Of a stretch of DNA of 64,000 nucleotides, positions 13,524 through 28,083 are shown one piece after another. The notes under the pieces were generated by a model, which was not told the origin of the DNA, did no database searches, and saw nothing but the letters and a program-made list of their open reading frames with translations. The first letter of the stretch is position 1, and every line of letters starts with the position of its first letter. The position numbers and the translations under genes were made by a program. The DNA is from Rhizophagus irregularis (Eukaryota), in contig NC_089432.1 of the NCBI RefSeq assembly GCF_026210795.1, forward strand, positions 4,402,001 to 4,466,000. Direction: 5' to 3'.

Positions 13524-15555
13524 ATGTCTAGTAACGCTGAACTTGTTAGCAATTCAAATGATTGGAATAAATGGATTGAAGAAGCGATTTCTAAAAAACT
13601 TATTAAGTATTATGAGTATAACCAATTTTATAATATTCAAGAAATTGGTTCCGGTGGTTTTGGAAAAGTTTGTCGTGCTAATTGGAAGAATTCTCATAAG
13701 CGTTATGCCATAAAATCTTTTTTTAATATCAATGATGCTACAGTCAAAGCATTAGTTCGTGAGGTAGTTAACTAATTATAGTGTCAAACATTTTTCATTA
13801 TTATTATAAATATTGAAATTTTTTGATGTAATAATTTATTTATTAACTAGATTCAACTTCAACGTGAAATTGATTTTCATGATAATGTTATTCGTTTTTA
13901 TGGTGTCACAACTTCTATTAAAGGTATGATATATTCTAATATTATTTATTTCATAAAATATAATAATTAATTGATTAATAACAAAAAATTTTTTTTTTTA
14001 AAAGAAAATCAAAGAAAAGAATATTCGTTAGTGATAGAATATGCAGAAAATGGTACCCTCCGAAAATATTTGAAAGAAAATTTTGAAAATCTCACTTGGG
14101 ATGATAAATTTAATCTCGCATTTCAATTGGTTTATGCAGTATCATGTTTGCATGATGATGGGATCATGCACCGTGATTTGGTAGTAGATATTTTACAATT
14201 TATTATGTGTTTTATTTTAATGTTTCTCTTATTTTAACGTCAATTTAATATTTATAGCACTCCAATAATGTGTTAGTCCATAAGAATACTATTAAGCTAG
14301 CAGATTTTGGTTTATCAAAAAGAATTGAGGAAACATCTAATTCTCAATCGAGAACATTTGGATTAATTCCTTATGCTGATCCAAAAAGCTTTAATAAAAG
14401 TACAAAAAAATTATATTTATTAAATAAAAAAAGTGATGTTTACAGCATTGGAGTATTACTATGGGAGATATCTAGTGGTCGGCCTCCTTTTCATGGTATA
14501 CCGTATGATGTTGGCTTGGCTCAAAGTATTCTACAAGGACTCAGAGAGATACCTATTCCAAATACGTCTATAGATTATATAAAAATTTATACCGGTAAAT
14601 ACAATTTAACTATTACTTATAAATAATGTTGTTTTAATTAATTAAAGACGTTCTTTTTGTAGATTGTTGGAATATTGAACCTGATAATCGTCCAACTATT
14701 AATCAAGTAGTTGATGAATTAAAAGTACTTATAATAAAAGAAAACATAAATATAAAGGATTTTCATTTATATGATGATCACAATACTGTCCAATCATCAA
14801 ACAACTATCAACTACTTGATTTAGATGTTAAAATTTCTGAAAGTACTAATTCATTACATGGAGAATTATCTCAAGTTATTCAAAATTTTAATATGATAAA
14901 TACAAAAGAAATAGAACCTTCAATATCATCAAGTAACCAATTTGGTGATAACGTTAATATAATAGTTAATAATATGTTCAATTTATTTGATAATTATGAT
15001 GATAATGTAGCAAAACAAAAGGTCTTAAGTTATCTTAATAAACAAAATATAACTTTGCAAGAGATTAATAATTTATTATTGAATAATCAAATTAACTCAA
15101 ATTCTATTTACTTACTTGGAAAATTTAATGATTTAGGAATTGGGATTAGTATTGATGAGCAAAAAGCATTTGAGTTATATCAAAAAGCAGCAGATTTAGG
15201 AAATGTATTAGGAATAAATGATTTAGGATATTGTTATAAACATGGAATTGGAATTAATATTGATAAGAAAAAAGCATTTGAATTATATCAAAAAGCAGCA
15301 TATTTAGGAAATTCATTTGGAATAAATAATTTAGGACATTGTTATAAAAATGGAATTGGAACTGATATTGATAAGAAAAAAGCATTTGATTTATATCAAA
15401 AGGCTGCAGATTTAGGAAATTCAACTGGAATAAATAATTTAGGATATTGTTATAAAAATGGAATTGGAACTGATATTGATAAGAAAAAAGCATTTGAATT
15501 ATATCAAAAGGCTGCAGATTTAGAGAGTAATGCACTCAATATAATTAACTGTTAA
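13524..15555 (+). CDS. Tyrosine-kinase-like protein kinase + Sel1 repeats (C-terminus truncated)
   Basis: Exons 13524-13763, 13851-13923, 14005-14180, 14258-14594, 14663-15555 with GT-AG introns; GSGGFG, AIK, HRDLHSNN, DFG intact; last repeat ([17 protein letters not shown]) stranded out of frame after the stop. Confidence 0.85.
15137..15525 (+). repeat. 108-bp tandem Sel1 units, about 3.6 near-identical copies
   Basis: GIG.DIDKKKAF.LYQKAADLGNS.GINNLG.CYKN repeated with high nucleotide identity. Confidence 0.85.
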
Positions 15556-16555
15556 AGATATAGATAAAGCTATTTATTGGTACAAAAAATCAGCTGAACA
15601 AGGAGATCAGGATGCTCAAATAAATTAAAAAACTAGGTGATGATTCGAGAGAAGTTGACCCGATGGATATTAATGTCACTTAGCTGGAATCTGCCCCAAT
15701 AAAAAGTTTTTGTTGGGTTTTTGTAAAAAAAATGTAAGATAAGTTAATATAACCAATTTCGTACAATTATGAGCATTCGTTTGTACAATGTCTGTAATAT
15801 TTTTGTATGGTATTTAAAATAAATTTGTTATAAACATGCATTATTTTTATATAGCATTTGAAAGTAATTTATTATAAATGTGTAATAAACTTGCACTTTA
15901 TATTTGTGTTTTTTGTTTATTCTTCTAAATTTAAAATATAATAATCTATTGAACTTGATTTTTTTGGTTTGTGCTTTTGACCAGAGGTGCCAATGCTAAT
16001 TCCTGAAATTAATATGTTTTTGGATATTATTCAACATCAGCAAATTTAATAAGGTGTAATATTACAAAAATTTACACCTGCAAAATACTCTGTAAATTTA
16101 CAACCTTCAAAAAATAAGTGCAACCATATATTCCATAATTTTCATGCAATATTTCCGCAAGTTTACAAATTAGACAATCTTATATCAATAAAATATAAGA
16201 CCAAAATATTAATAAATCTAATTTTGTAATATAAACAAATGTTTTAATCAAATATTATAAAAAAAACTTACACAAAAAATAAATACATGACATTTGATAT
16301 GCAACCTATTTTATAATCATAAATAATTAAACCATATTAATAATTAAAAAAAAGGAATGCATCATTACATTATATTATTTTCATAAATTAGATAATACAT
16401 ACTAGTTATTCCATGGGTATCAATGAATAAAGAAAGTTATCACACAATTTTTTCCTAATTGCATCAATAAAATTATGACTGGCGAGTTAAAATAAAAAAA
16501 AAAGATTGACAGATCACCTGGGAATTACGGCTGATTTGGAAAAATTTGTAGATAC

Positions 16556-17322
16556 TGTCACTACCGATTTTATACGATTCGTCAGGTAGTAACAGAAATA
16601 GAATATCAATTATTAACGTAATGTAACAATATATCAATGGGAAATCGATAATAATTGGTAGTGAAAGATGGGATAATATTCGATAAGGGTATATGAAATA
16701 AATATAAGTTTATGATGTACAGTATAATCGACAAATGATCGACAAAGTATTTATCAATATATCACGTTTTATTAATAAACTAATAAACTTGAAAATAAAT
16801 AAACTGTATATAACAAAAAAAAATAATAAACAATAAATAATAAAATGTATAGTTAGGAATCGGCAAGAAACAGTGTGTCTTTATTAACAATTAACAAGAA
16901 TTGAAAAGGAATCGACCATATTACTGCCTCACTCGGCGCTCTGTAATATTCGTTATTCCTTTACAAGGGTGAATTATCACTTGAATATTGCTAACTATCC
17001 TCCAAAATCGCTCCTCCCCCTATTCTTTAAATATCTCCCAAAATTCGGTACATTTTTGTCTATCGTTCAAATGGTCCTTTGGCCAATTAGTCCGCAGTAC
17101 AAATCGTCCTTTGTACATCTTGTTCAAAGTACAAATTGTACCACTAAGCCTCCGATGATCATCCTTCAGCCACTAATTATCTAATCTTCCGATTCCGTCA
17201 TTTAATCCAATAAATATATAAACTAAAAATATTATAAACAAATAAAAATAAACAATATCTAAACTATTCAATGAAATAACCTAAATTAATCTAAAAAAAA
17301 AATACTAAAAAATTTCGTAACA
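16556..17322. mobile_element. Solo-LTR-like element
   Basis: TGTCAC...GTAACA termini; 4-bp TSD ATAC (16552-16555, 17323-17326); no credible ORF. Confidence 0.6.
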
Positions 17323-17735
17323 ATACGCATATTTACCGATGACTAATTTGTTTTTGCCAATTTTTTTTAATTAACCAATTTTATTTTAAACAATTTTTTT
17401 CTAATTAACTAATTTTATTTTAGTATTCTGATTAGTTTGATTAGTTTACTAATCTTAATAAACTATACTAAATTGAAAAATTGATTTACCATTTTAGGTT
17501 TGATCTTGTGACTTTATTGGTAAATAACATTTTGACAATCATCCGTTTAACAATATCATTATTTTTTTTTTTCTTTGAATATTATTAATCAAGCCACTTC
17601 TTTCTACCATTTTGGGTTTATTCTTGTGGCTTTGAAATGAAAGAAAACTGAATAAAACGTCGATCATGTAATACAAGTAATACAATTCCTTTTCTTTTTT
17701 TAAAAAATTATTTTTTGCTTTTTTTTTAAAAAAAA

Positions 17736-19238
17736 ATGTCCTTTGAATATTCTCAAGAACTTGCTGATGATTATGAAAATTTACTTAAAACTGATGGAGA
17801 ATATAACGTTATTATCTACGCCGGTAAAAATAAAAATGTAGAAGAAATACATTCACATTCAATTATTTTATGTATCAGGTCTCAATATTTTCGTACGGCT
17901 TTTTCTAACGAATTGACCAAGAAAAAGGATGGAAAATATATTTTTAATTTTCCTAACATTTCTCCTCAATTCTTTAAAATTATTTTAAGGTAATGAAAAA
18001 CAAGTAATAATAAAGTTAAAAGTAAACATAATATTATATACAGTCTATGTCAAAATTAATGACGGAATATTCATTTAATATTTAGGTTTATTTATTGTGG
18101 AAAGATAGATTTGGAGAAATTGCAGGGACCAGATATTCTAAAGCTTTTGGTGACAGCGGATGAACTTAAAATCCAAAGACTAGTGATTTGTATTCAGGAA
18201 TATTTGATTAAACATCAACATGAATTTTTACAACAAAATCCTACCGAAATTCTTGAAGCAATCTATTTACGTGAAACGTTTACAGATTTATGGAATTATT
18301 GTTTTGAAGAAATTTGTACTAAACCAGATTTATTATTTAAATCTGATAAATTCATCAATTTAAAAGCACCTTTATTAGAATTACTTTTAAAAAGAGATGA
18401 TTTGTCATTAGATGAAATTATTATATGGAATAGCTTGATTAAGTGGTGTTTTTCTCAGCATCCTACTATTCAACAAGATGTTAATAAATGGAATAAAGAA
18501 GAAATTGTAATTATGGAAAGAACCATTCATAGATTTATTCCGTTGATAAGATTTTATCATATTCCCTCAGCAGATTTTGTTACTAAAGTATATCCTTTTA
18601 AAGAAATATTGCCAAAGGATATAGTTAATAATATACTTGTATTTCACATGGCACCAGATGAGCAATTGAATGTGGATGTACAATCTCCCAGGAAACCAAA
18701 ATGTGTTTATGATTCAGTTATCGTTGGTAACAAACATTTTGCTATTTTTTCTAACTGGATTGAAAAGAAAAATGAGTCTTACTATGATGTAAAGAATGTT
18801 CCTTATAATTTCAATTTACTTTATCGTGCTAGTAGAGATGGTAATACAATTGCGACATTTCATGCTAAATGTGATAATAAAGGAGCTACTATAGTTATAG
18901 TAAAGATTGCAAATTCGGAGCAAATAGTTGGAGGATACAATTCTCTTTATTGGAATTTAAGTAGCGCATGGAAGTCTACAAGAGATAGCTTTATATTCTC
19001 ATTTGCAAATAAAGATAACCTACAAAGCGCAAAAGTAGGATATAGTAATGGTGATGAGTCTTCTATATATAGTGGGAATATTAACTATGGTCCGTTGTTT
19101 GGTGGTGGAAATGATTTAGGCTTGTCTGTTAACAATGGATGGTATAGGAGTTATAGCAATTCTTATCCTGATGTAGACATACCGTTAAATAAATTTAAAA
19201 CGGATGATTATGAAGTTTTTCAAGTTGTTAAGAAATAA
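17736..19238 (+). CDS. BTB/POZ-BACK-TLDc domain protein (~468 aa)
   Basis: Exons 17736-17989 and 18086-19238; BTB (HSIILCIRSQYF, FKIILRFIYCG), BACK (LLKRDDLSLDEIIIW), TLDc (LLYRASRDG, FHAKCDNKG, GPLFGGG, YEVFQV). Confidence 0.92.
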
Positions 19239-19609
19239 TCAAATTTGTGTATTCACGGTATACTTATGGGAAACTTTAATAATAAAGATTTTATGATTTA
19301 TGAATAACTAAATGGGTTGTTTACACACTAAAAACGCTAAGCGTTAAATGACTTCTTATTGTCAGAAGAATGATTAATTTATAATTAAATTAGAATTTCA
19401 ATATGAACATATTTTGAATTTTTATTATTTACTATTGAACTCGTTTCTTTGTATATTCATATAGTTTCATTTAGAGTGTATTGTGTATAACATATTTATT
19501 ATTGATTTATAATCAAAAACGACTAAACAGAATGAACAATATAGTAAGTTCATAAATTATAATTTTTAATAGTTAATAATAAATCTTGTGAGAAATTTAG
19601 GTTATGTAC

Positions 19610-19730
19610 TAATGAGTACGAAAATGACTTAATTCCGACAAATATAATGTTCATACAACATTACCAAAAAAAGATGAAAATATATTTTTAAAATTTCTCA
19701 TTTCTCCTCGATTTTTTGAAATTATTTTAT
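19610..19730 (+). pseudogene. Short decayed remnant of a BTB exon 1
   Basis: Similar to 17770-17990 (…aaaaaagatgaaaatatattttt…atttctcctcgattttttgaaattatttt). Confidence 0.45.
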
Positions 19731-22024
19731 TGAGCTTGTATGGATTTGTAACATTGAATACATTAACTACAATGATAATTTAATATGATGTGAATTTTTT
19801 TTTTTTTAGGATTTGTCTAAGATAAAAAAAGGTTATAAATACCAAGTCGAACCTGTGTCTCGTAGAGACTAGTATTCTTTATTATTCTAAAAAAAAAATT
19901 ATTTTATCCCTATATTGGCCTGAATACGTAATAATTCGTGAGGTTTAAGATGACATTTTAACATTTTTACAAATCATCAATCTATTACATATTTATATAT
20001 GAGTAATATTTACTAAAAACTTAAAAAGGTTAGAGTATTCGGTCGCCATATAAACGTAACACTATGTCAGGTGATAAGTGGGGTGACAGATTGTGTAGAT
20101 AATTTATTTTAGTGTAATTACAATACAAGCTTTTATTAAACTCAGGCTTAGGACTAACTGGTTGTTAATCCCGGTATGTTTTATGTATTTTCAGTAGGTA
20201 GAGCCTATAATGCCATAAATTATACTCAATTAACTCAAATTGGTTAAATGTTACACCGGAATTTTTTTAAATTTACTACTGTAAGGTATAAACAGCAGAG
20301 GTTAAAGTCTCACTGACAAAAAAAATACTGACTTCTGGTAACAAATGTTTAATTTCATATGCAAGCTTTTAAATTCATGTATAATGTAATAGAATTATGT
20401 GATAATCATATTGAACGAGAAAAAAACTACAATTAATGGATTATATAATCCTGTTTCTTGAAATATAAATAGGATATTTATTAATAATTCAAAATGGATA
20501 TTATAAGTTTGTAACGAATAAAAATTTCTTTCGATAATCACGAGCAAGTTTTAATTTCTTTATTAGGATCAAAGCACTACAAAATACTAATTTGACTAGT
20601 CTATGAAACGCCATAATAATAATAACTGATTTAAATCATTTAATTTTGGAATTTTTTCGAACCTACCAAGTAAACTTTTTAGTATAATCTTGCATCGCAT
20701 TATTTTCGTAATCATTATTTCGACTTAACATTTTGTATTTCATAAACAAGTCGGACTAATTTCAAGGTCGAAAAAGTTGAAATTCCATTTAATCGCACGC
20801 AGAAATATTGTTATTTTCAAGACGTAATTTGGTAAGTGAACCTGAAGTTCAAAGTTCAAACCATTCGGGATTTGATATGTATTGCTTATTAATTTTTTCA
20901 AGAAAATTTGTTTGATCATAAGTGAGTCTATCAATTAACCTTTTCTGTGTTAGTAGCCTTGTTACAATGAGTAAAAACAGGCGTGATATAATTCATAGAT
21001 CGGAAATCTAAGATATCAAGGTACAGCTTTCCAATTATTTCTTATCGCGAGCTTGTATAGCGCCCAATAATGCTGAACGATTAAAACCAAAATTCCAAAA
21101 TTGTTTAACAAAATGAAATTATTGGCGTTATAACAGGAATAATGAAAAGGGCATAAATCTTACGAATAACAAATAAAACAGATCGTGACAGAACCTATTT
21201 TTTTAAGTCTCATCATCAGAAGCAACAATTGGATCTGAAATCAGGTGTTTATAACGGAATAAGAATTATAGAAAACTCCTTGTAATATGATTTTGATTAT
21301 TCCTTTTTTCATATATAATTTTAAATGGAATGAAATGTCATTTAAATATAGATACGTCTAAATCTTGACCGCGATATAACATGTAATTTTCACCCATCAT
21401 GTCCTTCCGTTTTTCACTATTGTATTCTGGGAACGGAATTTTTTTCGATTTGAGAGTTCTATTTGCTACCTAATATTTTCACAATTTTGGTTTTCTAATC
21501 ATGCTATAATACTACTTGTCAAAGATTACGTGATCAAACCCGGTTTTATAGACATTTCATTTATAGATAACTTTTTAATGTCGTTCAAATCAGTTCCTAA
21601 TTTGTTCCTTTCATTTTCTCCATATTGATTCTTCAATAATTTAACGTTTAATTATTCCATTTTTCTAAATGATTTATTTAAATGTATTGATTATCCATAT
21701 AAATAGACTTTTTTTAATATCATAACTCTATCAAATTTCTAATTTGCTTTTTCCATTTTTCTATATTGGTCCTTGAATGAGTTACTAAAAGACGCCATGT
21801 TTTAGACAAATAGAGAACAAAAGGTCGCATTGTGTTAAAACTAACAATTATTTGCAGCTTGTTTATATAGTAAAAAATAAAATGAAAAATGATCATACTA
21901 TCTAACTATCATATATGTATAAGAATGATTATAAATTAAGTACTATAAATTTTTAATAAACTTTTTATTTATGTTTTAAAGAAATATCATTACATTTAAC
22001 AATCTTTGTAATTATAATGAATTC

Positions 22025-24332
22025 TTATAATTTTTGAAGTATTTCTAATCTATTTTGTGCATTTATATGTCCTTGTTTGGAAGCTTTCCTATACCAATGT
22101 ATTGCTTTGTCTATATCTATTGTAATTCCATTTCCAAATTCATACATAATACCAAGATTACATTGTGCTGTCATTTCTCCTAAATTTGCAGCATTTTGAT
22201 ATAATTCAAATGCTTTTAGCTCGTCAATTTTAGTCCCAATACCTTTTTCATAACAATATCCTAACATTGTTATTCCACCCGGATGTCCTCCTTCAGCTGA
22301 TTGCTTAGACAATTCAAAAGCTTTATTATGATCTTTTTCAACACCATTTCCATTTAAATAATGAATACTAAGATTATGAATAGCCATCATATTTCCATTA
22401 TTTGCAGCTTTTTCATACCAATAAATAGCCTTTTTTAAATCTATGTTAATACCTAATCCATTTTCATAACAATAACCAATTTCTAATTGTCCACGTGCAA
22501 AATTTTTATTAGCTACTTTTTCATAGTATTTAAAAACTAATTTTTTATTTTTTGTAGTTCCATGTCCATGCAGATAACAATCAGCAACAAAATATAGTGC
22601 TAATATATGATCTTGATCCGATGCATTAATAAATAAATTGAAAGATTTTTTACGATCTTCACTTGTTCCAATTTCAAAACGATTAAAATATCCAAATAAA
22701 AAAATTGAATTTGGACTATTTTGATTATTTGATAACCAATTATATATTTCTTCTGAATATGTGTTATAATTATTAAAATACTCAATAACTTTTCCTTTTA
22801 TTAATTTCCATTCAATTCCTTTATTTGATAATTTATAAATAAAATCATTTATTTCATCAATTAATCTACTAAAATCTTCTTCAGCTGAAATATTTTCTTG
22901 TTTACTTAAAACTATCATAGGATCAATTTCTTTTGTATTCATTTTATTGAAGTTTTGAATAAGTTTAGATAATTCTCTTTGTGATTCTAAACCATTAATA
23001 CTTAAAGAAGCCTTGCTAAATTCTTGTTTGTCTAATGATTGAAGAATATTTGCTATTGCATCTGTTTTTGCAATCATCTCTTTTAAACAATCAACTACTT
23101 GATATATATTTGGACGATTATCTGGTTCACCATCCCAGCATTCTAAATAATAAATGTAATTTAAAATTAAGAAAAATAATATTTAAGTAATTACATTTAA
23201 AATTTACTTACTAGTATAAATTTCTACATAATTTTCGGGTGTATCAGGAACAACTGTTTCTCTAAGACCTTGTAAAATCTCTAAAGCTAAACCAACATCA
23301 TATTGTTCACCTTCAACATAAAAAGGAGGTTGTCCATTGGATATTTCCCATAGCAATACGCCAACACTGTAAACATCACTTTTTTCATTTAATGAGTAAA
23401 TTTGCGATGTTTGATTATTATTATTTCTTCGTCTATTAAAAATTTTTGGATCAACATAAGGAATCATTTCAAATATTTTGGATTGAACATTTGATGACGC
23501 TCCGATTCTTTTTGATAATCCAAAATCCGCCAATTTGATCGTGTTTTGATGAACTAATATATTACCAGAATGCTATTGAAAAGTTATATGTAAACTTAGT
23601 AATGCAAATATAATATTATAGACAATGATTGAAGAAGATAAATGAATTACCAGGTCACGATGGACAATCCCTTCATTATGTAAGCATGACACAGCGCAAG
23701 CTAACTGGTATGCCATAATATATTTATCATCCCATGTAAGTTTACCAAAGTTTTTTTCCAAATAGCTTCGAAGGCTACCATTATTAGCATATTCCATTAC
23801 TAACATATAATTATTACCAACATGATATTCTAAAGAATAAAAGAAAATAAATTAAATAATCAATTAAAATTCATTTTTTATGAATAAAATACGTAAATTA
23901 TATTAATTAAAGTATAATTATAATACCTGTTGATTCAAATTTTGTTATTCCATGGCAACGAATAATATTATCATGATAATCAACTTCACGTTGATTTTTT
24001 AACTAAATAAATTCAATTTTTAATAAATAAATTTTAATAAACAATGTTATAATGATAAAAAGAAAAATTTTTTATTCAAAAATTACCTCACGAATAATTT
24101 CTTTTACGGTGATATTGTTAAGGCTAAAAAAAGATTTTACCGCAAAATATTTCTCTAAATTTTTCCAATTTGCACGGTACACTTTACCAAAACCTCCGGT
24201 ACCAATTTCTTGAAAGTTATTAAATTCCTTGTATTCATAATATTTTATATGTTCTTTGTGAATGGCTTCTTCAATCCAATTAATCCATTCATTTTTATTC
24301 TCGGTATCTTGCATTTTGATATTATCGAACAT
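22025..24332 (-). CDS. Tyrosine-kinase-like kinase + Sel1 repeats, apparently intact
   Basis: Exons 24332-24087, 24002-23927, 23829-23651, 23572-23212, 23142-22025, phases consistent; GTGGFG, AVK, HRDLHSGN, DFG; about six Sel1 repeats. Confidence 0.9.
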
Positions 24333-24444
24333 ATTGAATAGTAATAATTGACAGAAAAGTGTTTAAAACGATGAAAAAAAAAAATCATTTCAATTTAATT
24401 TCCGATAGTCGTACAGTGTCACAAACAAAAGGTGGATATTTTAG

Positions 24445-24483
24445 CCGCAGCACAGCATAGCCGCAGTACGCAGTACCGCAGTA
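24445..24483 (-). promoter_or_regulatory. Tandem TACTGCGG motif upstream of kinase/Sel1 genes
   Basis: Same motif at 507-522, 9972-9987, 28256-28280 and 55810-55825, in the same orientation relative to each gene. Confidence 0.5.
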
Positions 24484-25822
24484 ACGATGCGTTACAAAGT
24501 GAAAAGTTAACCTATTTCTAGAGAAGTGAGTTTGATATTACCTGAATTAGTTATATTGGATTTCAAAGTTATTGAAATTGATTGATTTTACATACATCTT
24601 CATGATATTTTCCGCACAAATTCCTGTATAACGAAAATTTCATCCTGATAATATACGCAAAATGGTACGTAGTATTTTGGAATTAACTTACGTATATTAG
24701 AATATAGAACCCATAGGAAGGATAGTAAAAGGAGCAACAGATTGAATTTTAGCACTAGAATAAGAGATTTTTTGTAGTCAAATTCGATTCTTTTTACTAT
24801 TTTTCTTAATTTAGATTTTTATTCCGAAATATGTATGTTAATTTTAGTTAGATCTAAATTTTTTGTTAGTTTTACTTTTATTTTTATTTTATGTTTATTT
24901 TTCTGGGATACAAAAAAAATGCGAAGTTAAATTTATGACAGTCAAGCAAATTGATATTTATAGTTATACTCTAAAACAATATATTCGGCATAACCTGTCA
25001 CATTTCGGACGTGCCTGAAAACAATTCACACTATATGAAAAATTTTTAGATTGGATTATCACTAAAAAAAAAAATAAATTTACAATTATTAATTATTCAT
25101 TTTATGAGCCATACAATGAAAAAATCATTTTGCAAATTTAATAATATCAATTTCATATTATATACTAGTGTCATATTATTAGCTACAAAAAACTAATAAA
25201 ATTATAAATCAAAATGACAATGTAAAAAATGAAAAACTTTTAATTGTCTCATTTGGTTTCAGTAAATCCATTGCTGTATCACAATTATTATTTAATTAAT
25301 GCATGATATCAACTACTAAGAGAATCTTTTTAAAAATAAATTCATTGATAAATTATTATGAAACAAATTGTGCTTGAATTTTATTCAGCTATGATTATTC
25401 AGCCGAATAATATTACCAAATGAAATGACACATTTTAACAAGAAATTAAATTATTCTGGTGATATAAAAACTACACGAAAAATTTATATATACAATGCAC
25501 CAAAGATATAGTACAGTTCAAACATTTTTCATTTATCAATGAACATGACAATTGCCAAACTACGTTTTATTGAATTGCAAATGAATTAATTAATTCATTT
25601 TCTATAAATATTAAACAATGACTAATTTGAATAGATTAAAATACAGTATCACATACATAAATAACTTTTAATAAATACAAAAATATAAATTTCTTTATAA
25701 AATGAATAAATGAAAAATGATCCCACTAACTACCATGTATAAGAATGATTATATAAATTAAGTACTAATTTTTAATAAACTTCAGTTTTCACGTTTAACA
25801 ATCTCATAATTTTAATGAATTT

Positions 25823-28083
25823 TTATAATTTTTGAAGTATTTCTAATCTATTTTGTGCAGTTTTATGTCCTTGTTTAGCAGCTTTCCTATACCAATGTAT
25901 TGCTTTGTCTATATCTATTGTAATTCCTTTTCCAAATTCATACATAAGACCAAGATTATATTGTGCTATCATTTCTCCTAAATTTGCAGCATTTTGATAT
26001 AATTCAAATGCTTTTAGCTCGTCAATTTTAGTTCCAATACCTTTTTCATAACAATATCCTAACATGGTCATTCCGCTTGAATAACCCCCTTCAGCTGATT
26101 GCTTAGACAATTCGAAGGTTTTATTATCATCTTTATCAACCCCATTTCCATTTAAATAACAAAGACTAAGATTACACATAGCCATTATATTTCCATTATT
26201 TGCAGCTCTTTCATACCAATAAATAGCCTTTTTTATATCTTTATTAATACCTATTCCGTTTTCATAACAGTAATAACCAATACCTAATTGTCCGCGTGCA
26301 AAATTTTTATTAGCTACTTTTTCAAAGTATTCAAAAACTAATTTTTCATCTTTTGTAGTTCCAGTTCCATGTAGATAACAATCACCAACAAAATAATGTG
26401 CTAATATATGATCTTGATTTGATGCATTAATAAATAAATTGAAAGATTTTTCATGATCTTTATTTGTTGCAATTCCAAAGCGATTAAAATATCCAAATAA
26501 AAAAACTGAATTTGAACTATTTTGATTATTTGATAACCAATTATATATTTCTTCTGAATAAGTGTTATAATTATTAAAATATTCAATAACTTTTCCTTTT
26601 ATTAATTTCCATTCAATTCCTTTATTTGATAATTTATAAATAAAATCATTTATTTCATCAATTATTCTATTAAAACCTTCTTCAGCTGAAATATTTTCTT
26701 GTTTACTTAAAACTATCATAGGATCAATTTCTTTTGTAATCATTTTATTAAAATTTTGAATAAGTTGAGATAATTCTTCTTGAGATTCTAAACCATTAAT
26801 ACTTAAAGAAGCCTTATTAAATTCTTGTTTATCTAGTGATTGAAGATTATTTGCTATAGCATCTGTTTTTGTAATCATCTCTTTTAACCAGTCAACTACT
26901 TGATGTATATTTGGCCGATTATCTGGTTCACCATCCCAACACCCTAAATAATAATGTAATTTAAGATTAGGTAAAATAATATTTAGTAATTAAATTTGAA
27001 TTTTACTTACCGGTATAGATTTTTACATAATTTTCAGGTGTATCAGGAACAACTGTTTCTCTTAAACCTTGTAAAATTTTTAAAGCTAAATCAACATCAT
27101 ATTGTTTACCTTCAACATAAAATGGAGGTTGTCCACTGGATAGTTTCCATAATAATACTCCAACACTGCAAACATCGCTTTTTTCATTTAATAAGTAAAT
27201 TTGTGTTTCTTGGTTATTATTATTTCTTTTCCAATTAAAAATTTTTGGATCAACATAAGGAACCATCCCAAATAAGTTGGATTGAACATTTGATGACGCT
27301 CCGATTCTTTTTGATAATCCAATATCCGCCAATTTGACCTTGTTTTGATGAACTAATATATTACCAGAATGCTATTAAAAAGTTATATATAAACTTAGTA
27401 ATGCAAATGCAATAATATTATAAACAATAATTGAAGAAAATAAATAGATTACCAAGTCACGATGGACAATTCTTTCGTTATGTAAGCATGACACAGCGCA
27501 AGCTAACTGGTATGCCATAATATATTTATCATTCCATGTAAGTTTATCCAGATAGCTTCGAAGATTACCATTATTAGCATATTCCATTACCAACTTATAA
27601 TTATTATTATCATGATATTCTAAAGAACGAAAGAAAATAATCAATTTTTATGAATAAAATACGTATATTATATTAGTAATTAAAGTATCATTATAATACC
27701 TGTTGATTCAAATTTTGTTATTCCATAGCAATGAATAATATTATCATGATAATCAACTTCACGTTGGTTTTTTAACTAAATAAATTCAAATTTTAATAAA
27801 TAAATACTATAATTATAAAAAGAAAAATTTTTTTATTTAAAATTACCTCACGAATAATTTCCTTAATGGTGATATTATCAAGATTAAAAAAAGATTTTAC
27901 CGCAAAGCATTTCTCTAAATTTTTCCAATTTGTGCGGTATACTTTTCCGAAATTTCCGGTACCAAAATTATTAAATTCTTTATATTCATAATATTTTATA
28001 TGTTCTTTATCAATAACTTCTTCAATCCAATTATTCCATTCATTTTTATTCTCGATATCTTGCATTTTGATATTATCAGACAT
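25823..28083 (-). CDS. Kinase + Sel1 repeats with divergent kinase (DIG instead of DFG)
   Basis: Exons 28083-27847, 27775-27700, 27619-27453, 27371-27011, 26943-25823; frame intact; in-frame deletions before the Gly loop and in exon 3. Confidence 0.85.

Noticed and set aside
15254..15535. Minus-strand repetitive ORF (also 22600, 26401, 53966, 46032, 47408)
   Set aside because: Antisense or alternate-frame shadows of Sel1 and Helitron coding sequence
20640..21800. Possible decayed minus-strand gene (…PFPEYNSEKRKDMMGENYMLYRGQDLD…)
   Set aside because: Looks coding-derived, but many stops and no family I can identify
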